Source of the DNA: an uncultured Candidatus Saccharibacteria bacterium
Lineage (GTDB): Bacteria > Patescibacteriota > CPR2 > UBA1875 > CAIMLA01
Direction: 5' to 3'
Assembly (NCBI GenBank): GCA_964471065.1
Contig: CAYYEV010000002.1
Coordinates: forward strand, 1-37,900
DNA length: 37,900 nucleotides
The number at the start of each line of letters is the position of its first letter. The first letter of the stretch is position 1. Below the pieces are notes generated by a model. It made no database searches, had not been told where the DNA came from, and saw nothing but the letters and a program-made list of their open reading frames with translations. The translations under genes and the position numbers were made by a program. Shown here piece by piece: positions 33,864-37,900 of the stretch.

Positions 33864-33979
33864 TAGTTGCCCTGCCTTTGCTTGTGTTTTGGATTATCAC
33901 AAATAACCCGGACAACGCCTTCTCGTCGGATAATTTTGCATTTCATACACATTTTTTTAACTGATGGTCTTACTTTCAT
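33863..33979 (-). CDS. rpmJ: 50S ribosomal protein L36 (38 aa; below the ORF-track cutoff)
   Basis: The minus strand reads [38 protein letters not shown]. Its stop overlaps the rpsM start (TAATG). Confidence 0.92.
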   Translation of the reverse strand: MKVRPSVKKMCMKCKIIRREGVVRVICDNPKHKQRQGN

Positions 33980-34029
33980 AATTTTTAATTTGTAATCAAA
34001 TTCAATAATAAATTATTAATTAATCAACA
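33980..34029. repeat. AT-rich intergenic element, copy B (see 13331-13387)
   Basis: It abuts the rpmJ start codon. See copy A for the alignment. Confidence 0.7.
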
Positions 34030-34080
34030 TTTTAGCGGTTTTGTTTTTTATAAATATCCCTTAATTTTTTATTTTTGAAT

Positions 34081-34302
34081 TTATTTGTGTCTATAAGTTA
34101 TTCTGCCTTTTGTCAGGTCATACGGCGTCATCTCTACCGTTACCTTGTCCCCGGGAAGGATTTTGATATAGTGCATTCTCATCTTACCGGAAATATGCGC
34201 TAAAATAACATGTCCGTTCTCGAGCTCTACTTTAAACATGGCGTTTGGTAGGGTTTCAAGGACGGTTCCTTCGATTTCAATTACTTCCTTTGTATCACTC
34301 AT
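34081..34302 (-). CDS. infA: Translation initiation factor IF-1
   Basis: [64 protein letters not shown]. Confidence 0.95.
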   Translation of the reverse strand: MSDTKEVIEIEGTVLETLPNAMFKVELENGHVILAHISGKMRMHYIKILPGDKVTVEMTPYDLTKGRITYRHK

Positions 34303-34340
34303 TCCGGCTAGTTTTTCCTTCCGTATGCGGACAGTTATAA

Positions 34341-34369
34341 ATTATAAACAAAATCTACAAAAATTACAA
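34341..34369 (-). promoter_or_regulatory. Candidate internal promoter upstream of infA
   Basis: On the minus strand: TTGTAA (34369-34364), a 17-nt spacer, then TATAAT (34346-34341). Confidence 0.45.
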
Positions 34370-34376
34370 GGCTTTT

Positions 34377-35687
34377 CTAGAACTCTTCATAACTTCTAAT
34401 AATCATTTGGGCTTCAATTTGATTTTTAACCTCAATCGCTACGCCAACTACGATCAAAAGACCCGTTCCGCCGACGGTTAGATTGACATCCCCGGTCAGA
34501 GGTTGAACGATATAAGGCAAAATCGCAATCACACTCAAGAACATTGCCCCCCAGAGAGTGACCCGGTTAATAAGATAATGCAGATATTTCTCTGTTTGGG
34601 TCCCCGGCCTGATCCCGGGGATAAAGCCACCTTGTTTTTGAATGTTTTCAGAGACATCTTTTGGTTTGAAATACAAAAAGGTTGAGAAAAAGGTAAAAGC
34701 AAAGACTAGAATAAAAAGAAGAACGGCATAGGGCCACTTGTCAGGTGAAAAGGTTGTTTGAGCCCATTTGGCAGAATGAGCAATCCAAGCTGTCTTGGCA
34801 CTACCTAAAAAGCCAATCATTGTCGGCAAGTTCATAAAGGCCGCGGCAAAGATTATTGGGATAACCCCAGCCATATTCAATTTGACCGGCAGATGAGTAT
34901 CGATACTACCATAGAGCTTGGCACCTCGGACTTTTTTGGCATAAGAAATCGGTATTTTTCTCTGGGCTTCGGTAATAAAAGCGATTAGAGCGACCACCAG
35001 GAGGGCCAGGACTAAAACAATCGCTATTTTGGCCAACTCTTGGCTGTCAAAGCCACCAACAAAAAGCTTTTGGGTTGTTTGGCCAACAACTTCGGGCAAT
35101 CTGGAAACAATGCCGGCAAAGATAATAATACTGATACCGTTACCGATACTTTTTTCCGAGATAAGTTCTCCTAACCACATCAAAAAGACTGTTGCGGCAG
35201 CAATTGAGGTTAGCATCATAAACCACTGGAAAAAAGAAAGGTCAGAAAAAATACTTTGGCCAGATTGGGCACCAACTGATTGTAGGAATCTGATCATACC
35301 GTACCCTTCAATATAGGCCAAGGGGACCGTAATCATTCTTGAATATTGATTCAGTTTGCGTCTACCCTGCTCACCTTCTTTGGATAAAGCTTCAAACTTT
35401 GGAACGACGACGGTCAAAAGCTGGATCATGATTGAGGCCGTAACATAAGGTCCTAAGCTCATCATGACAACAGAAAAACGACTCATGCCACCGCCGGAAA
35501 AAACATCGATAAAGGACAAGACCGTATTACCGCTAAAAGCAGTACTTATAAATTCTTTGACTGCCGCCGGATCCGGACCAGGGATAGGAATATGAGCCAA
35601 GAGACGATAGACCATGAGCAAGGCCAAAACAAAGATGATTTTTCGCCTTAACTCTTTATTCCCCAAGATGCGTTTAAAATAACCCAT
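34377..35687 (-). CDS. secY: Preprotein translocase subunit SecY
   Basis: A 10-TM protein of 436 aa with IPIPG, MSLGPYVTASIMIQLL and GGFIPGIRPG motifs. It lies downstream of rplO. Confidence 0.95.
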   Translation of the reverse strand: MGYFKRILGNKELRRKIIFVLALLMVYRLLAHIPIPGPDPAAVKEFISTAFSGNTVLSFIDVFSGGGMSRFSVVMMSLGPYVTASIMIQLLTVVVPKFEALSKEGEQGRRKLNQYSRMITVPLAYIEGYGMIRFLQSVGAQSGQSIFSDLSFFQWFMMLTSIAAATVFLMWLGELISEKSIGNGISIIIFAGIVSRLPEVVGQTTQKLFVGGFDSQELAKIAIVLVLALLVVALIAFITEAQRKIPISYAKKVRGAKLYGSIDTHLPVKLNMAGVIPIIFAAAFMNLPTMIGFLGSAKTAWIAHSAKWAQTTFSPDKWPYAVLLFILVFAFTFFSTFLYFKPKDVSENIQKQGGFIPGIRPGTQTEKYLHYLINRVTLWGAMFLSVIAILPYIVQPLTGDVNLTVGGTGLLIVVGVAIEVKNQIEAQMIIRSYEEF

Positions 35688-35722
35688 AGACTCCCTTCGG
35701 TCGTGTCATCTGTCATCAGCTA

Positions 35723-36169
35723 TTAGCTGTCGGATCCCTTAGTTTTTATTTTTTCATTTTTACTTTTTATCTGTTTTCTGGCGCCTTCGGTCATTTTGAT
35801 ATTATCAAAATTTAATAACTTTTGAAATTTTTTGCCGGCTACAACCCGATAAGGAGTCCTGTTGCTTTTGATAAAATTTTCTTTAACCAAAAACTCCAGG
35901 TTGATTTTCGACCCGTCTTTGTATTTTGCAAATCGGTCTAAACTGATTGTCACTTCTTTTGGCCGGATTGATTTGAAACCAGGGGTTTTTGGCAATCTTT
36001 TAGTCAAGGGCAATTGGCCACCCTCAAAGCCGGGTCGAATCTTTTTACCCGTTCGAGAAAGTTGGCCCTTGGTCCCCCGACCGGCAGTTTTCCCTTTACC
36101 TGAGCCAATACCACGACCAATCCGTTTGCTGTCTTTGGCGATATTGCCATATAAACTTTCTAGCTTCAT
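35723..36169 (-). CDS. rplO: 50S ribosomal protein L15
   Basis: [26 protein letters not shown]....[14 protein letters not shown]. Confidence 0.93.
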   Translation of the reverse strand: MKLESLYGNIAKDSKRIGRGIGSGKGKTAGRGTKGQLSRTGKKIRPGFEGGQLPLTKRLPKTPGFKSIRPKEVTISLDRFAKYKDGSKINLEFLVKENFIKSNRTPYRVVAGKKFQKLLNFDNIKMTEGARKQIKSKNEKIKTKGSDS

Positions 36170-36828
36170 GACTTAGTTTCCTTTTTATCCGCCTTGGTAC
36201 TTTTGGTAGATTTGGTCACAGGCTTCTTCGCTTCTGGTTTTACTTGTTTTTCAGCCCCTGATTGATCGGCTCCAGACTGGTTTTTTTCTTTTTTCTCATT
36301 TTTTACCTGTGATTTTTCATTTTTATTTTTTACCTCTAAATTATCTGGTGCTTCCCTCAAAGACTTTAGGGCATCCATCGTCGCATAAGCGTTATTAATT
36401 TTAGAATTTGAGCCATACATTTTTGAAAGAATGTCTTTGACTCCGGCCGCTTCCAAGACAGCCCGGACAGCTCCGCCGGCAATAACGCCGGTTCCTTCGC
36501 TCGCCGGCTTAAGGAAAACCCTGGCTCCGGCTTTTTTGGAATAAACTTCATGAGGGATAGTTGTTTCTTTTAGGTTGACATTAAACATTTTCTTTTTAGC
36601 CTGAGAAACTGCTTTGGTAATAGCAACCATTACTTCTGATCCTTTTTCGATACCAATGCCAACTCGACCGTTTTTGTTGCCGACAACAACGGTTGCTCGG
36701 AATCTCATTCTACGTCCACCTTTAACTACTCTTGTAACCCGGTCGATTTGAATTACTTTTTCTTCAAATTCTTCGACGGGTAGCTCTTCTACGGCTTGTT
36801 TCATTTGTGTGTTCAGCTCATCTTTCAT
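36166..36828 (-). CDS. rpsE: 30S ribosomal protein S5 with a Lys-rich C-terminal tail
   Basis: The S5 core runs [42 protein letters not shown]...[25 protein letters not shown]. About 55 extra K/E-rich residues follow. Its stop overlaps the rplO start (ATGA), so there is no room for rpmD. Confidence 0.93.
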   Translation of the reverse strand: MKDELNTQMKQAVEELPVEEFEEKVIQIDRVTRVVKGGRRMRFRATVVVGNKNGRVGIGIEKGSEVMVAITKAVSQAKKKMFNVNLKETTIPHEVYSKKAGARVFLKPASEGTGVIAGGAVRAVLEAAGVKDILSKMYGSNSKINNAYATMDALKSLREAPDNLEVKNKNEKSQVKNEKKEKNQSGADQSGAEKQVKPEAKKPVTKSTKSTKADKKETKS

Positions 36829-36846
36829 AAAAAGTCTCCTCTCGGC

Positions 36847-37191
36847 CTAAAACCTTAATCCGCCCTTTCTTGCACCATCAGCCAAAGCCTTGACTCGGCC
36901 GTGGTAAAGTCTGCCGCCGCGGTCAAAAACTACCTCGGTTATCTTTGCTTTCTTAGCGTTTTCAGCGATTTTTTCACCGACTCTAAAAGCCGATTCTGTT
37001 TTAGTCATCTTTTCCTTGTTTTTAATATCCGAAGCAGAGGCAAGCGTCTTTTTGTTCTTATCATCAATCATTTGAGCGACAATATGCTTATTACTAACAC
37101 TAACAGAAAGCCTGGGCCTGGACGCTGTTCCTTCGATCTTGGCTCTGATTCTTTTTTGTCGTTGTTCTTTTTTGATAAATCTGTCTAACAT
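36847..37191 (-). CDS. rplR: 50S ribosomal protein L18
   Basis: [31 protein letters not shown]...[26 protein letters not shown]. Confidence 0.95.
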   Translation of the reverse strand: MLDRFIKKEQRQKRIRAKIEGTASRPRLSVSVSNKHIVAQMIDDKNKKTLASASDIKNKEKMTKTESAFRVGEKIAENAKKAKITEVVFDRGGRLYHGRVKALADGARKGGLRF

Positions 37192-37236
37192 TTTCTTAAC
37201 CTTTAATTTGTAGTTTGAAATTGGTAATTAGCAATT

Positions 37237-37773
37237 TTATTTTGCCCCTGTCTTACCGGATTTCCTTCTGATAACTTCATCAACGTATTTGATCCCCTTG
37301 CCTTTATATGGTTCGGGTTTTCTAAACGAGCGGATTTCAGAAGCAATCTGACCGACTTTTTGTTTGTCGGCGCCCGAGATGGCAAGGTTGTTTTTTTGGA
37401 CATCGATATGGATGTCTTCAGGGATTTTGTAATCAATTGGATGCGAATAACCAAGATGAAGAGTCAGAATGTCACCGTTGACTGCTGCCCGGTAACCAAT
37501 GCCATTGATTTCCAAATGTTTTTTAAAACCCTCTGAAACACCGGTTATCATATTTGCTATAAGTGTTCTGGTCAGGCCATACAAAGAAGCGCTTTCCGCG
37601 TCTTCTACTTTTTGAGTGACAAAAACTTTACTCTCTTCTATCTTAACTTCAATTTTCGGACTAATAACAACATTAAGCTCCCCTTTGCTACCTGAAGCTT
37701 TGATTAGATTCTTCTCGGCAGTAACGGTTATGCCTTGGGGTATTTCGATGGGTAATTTTCCGATTCTTGACAT
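37237..37773 (-). CDS. rplF: 50S ribosomal protein L6
   Basis: MSRIGKLPIEIPQGITV...GYRAAVNGDILTLHLGYSHPIDYKIPEDI...RSFRKPEPYKGKGIKY. Confidence 0.95.
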   Translation of the reverse strand: MSRIGKLPIEIPQGITVTAEKNLIKASGSKGELNVVISPKIEVKIEESKVFVTQKVEDAESASLYGLTRTLIANMITGVSEGFKKHLEINGIGYRAAVNGDILTLHLGYSHPIDYKIPEDIHIDVQKNNLAISGADKQKVGQIASEIRSFRKPEPYKGKGIKYVDEVIRRKSGKTGAK

Positions 37774-37806
37774 TCTTGACTCCCTATGGGACCCCGCCTG
37801 GGGCTC

Positions 37807-37900
37807 CTACCAAACTTTACACAGAACTTCCCCGCCCAAGCCTTCTTTCTTGGCTTTTTTGCCGCTCATAACCCCTTTTGCGGTTGATAGAACGACCAGG
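37807..37900 (-). CDS. rpsH: 30S ribosomal protein S8, 3' end only (runs off the window)
   Basis: The minus strand reads ...[30 protein letters not shown], with stop at 37807-37809. This is a canonical S8 C-terminus. Confidence 0.9.
   Translation of the reverse strand, partial: LVVLSTAKGVMSGKKAKKEGLGGEVLCKVW

Overview
Low-GC (roughly 40% by eye) bacterial window that looks like Candidate Phyla Radiation / Patescibacteria. The S5-L15 junction has no L30 gene, secY runs straight into infA with no adk or map, several ribosomal proteins carry Lys-rich tails, and the dcw cluster is reduced. Layout: (1) 1-2303 is a complete diversity-generating retroelement (DGR): the 3' end of a DUF1566-type target gene with its variable region (VR), avd, the template region (TR), and a reverse transcriptase whose reading frame is broken inside or next to a (GA)18 microsatellite. 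(2) 2.4-11.8 kb is accessory-looking: an FN3-rich surface protein, a MacB-like ABC pair, a duplicated-PGC-motif membrane transporter, a sigma-region-4/HARE-HTH protein and a large orphan VirD4/TraD-like ATPase. (3) 11.8-14.0 kb is a repeat-rich intergenic stretch plus a compositionally foreign GC-rich islet with two GC3-rich small ORFs. (4) 14.0-23.3 kb (minus strand) is mraZ-rsmH-ftsL-ftsI(fragmented)-murF-mraY-ftsW-murG-ftsQ, preceded by a 10-bp-phased MraZ box array. (5) 23.5-25.7 kb is rplA-rplK-nusG-secE. It diverges from a plus-strand tRNA-Thr/Tyr/Thr-rpmG-tRNA-Trp block. (6) 26.6-30.0 kb holds housekeeping genes: a TPR protein, a PSP1/RicT-like protein, holB and an RluA-like synthase. 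(7) 30.0-37.9 kb holds rpsI-rplM and the alpha/spc ribosomal operons. The most interesting item is the DGR and its interrupted RT. All calls come from reading the sequence and ORF translations by eye; no searches were run.
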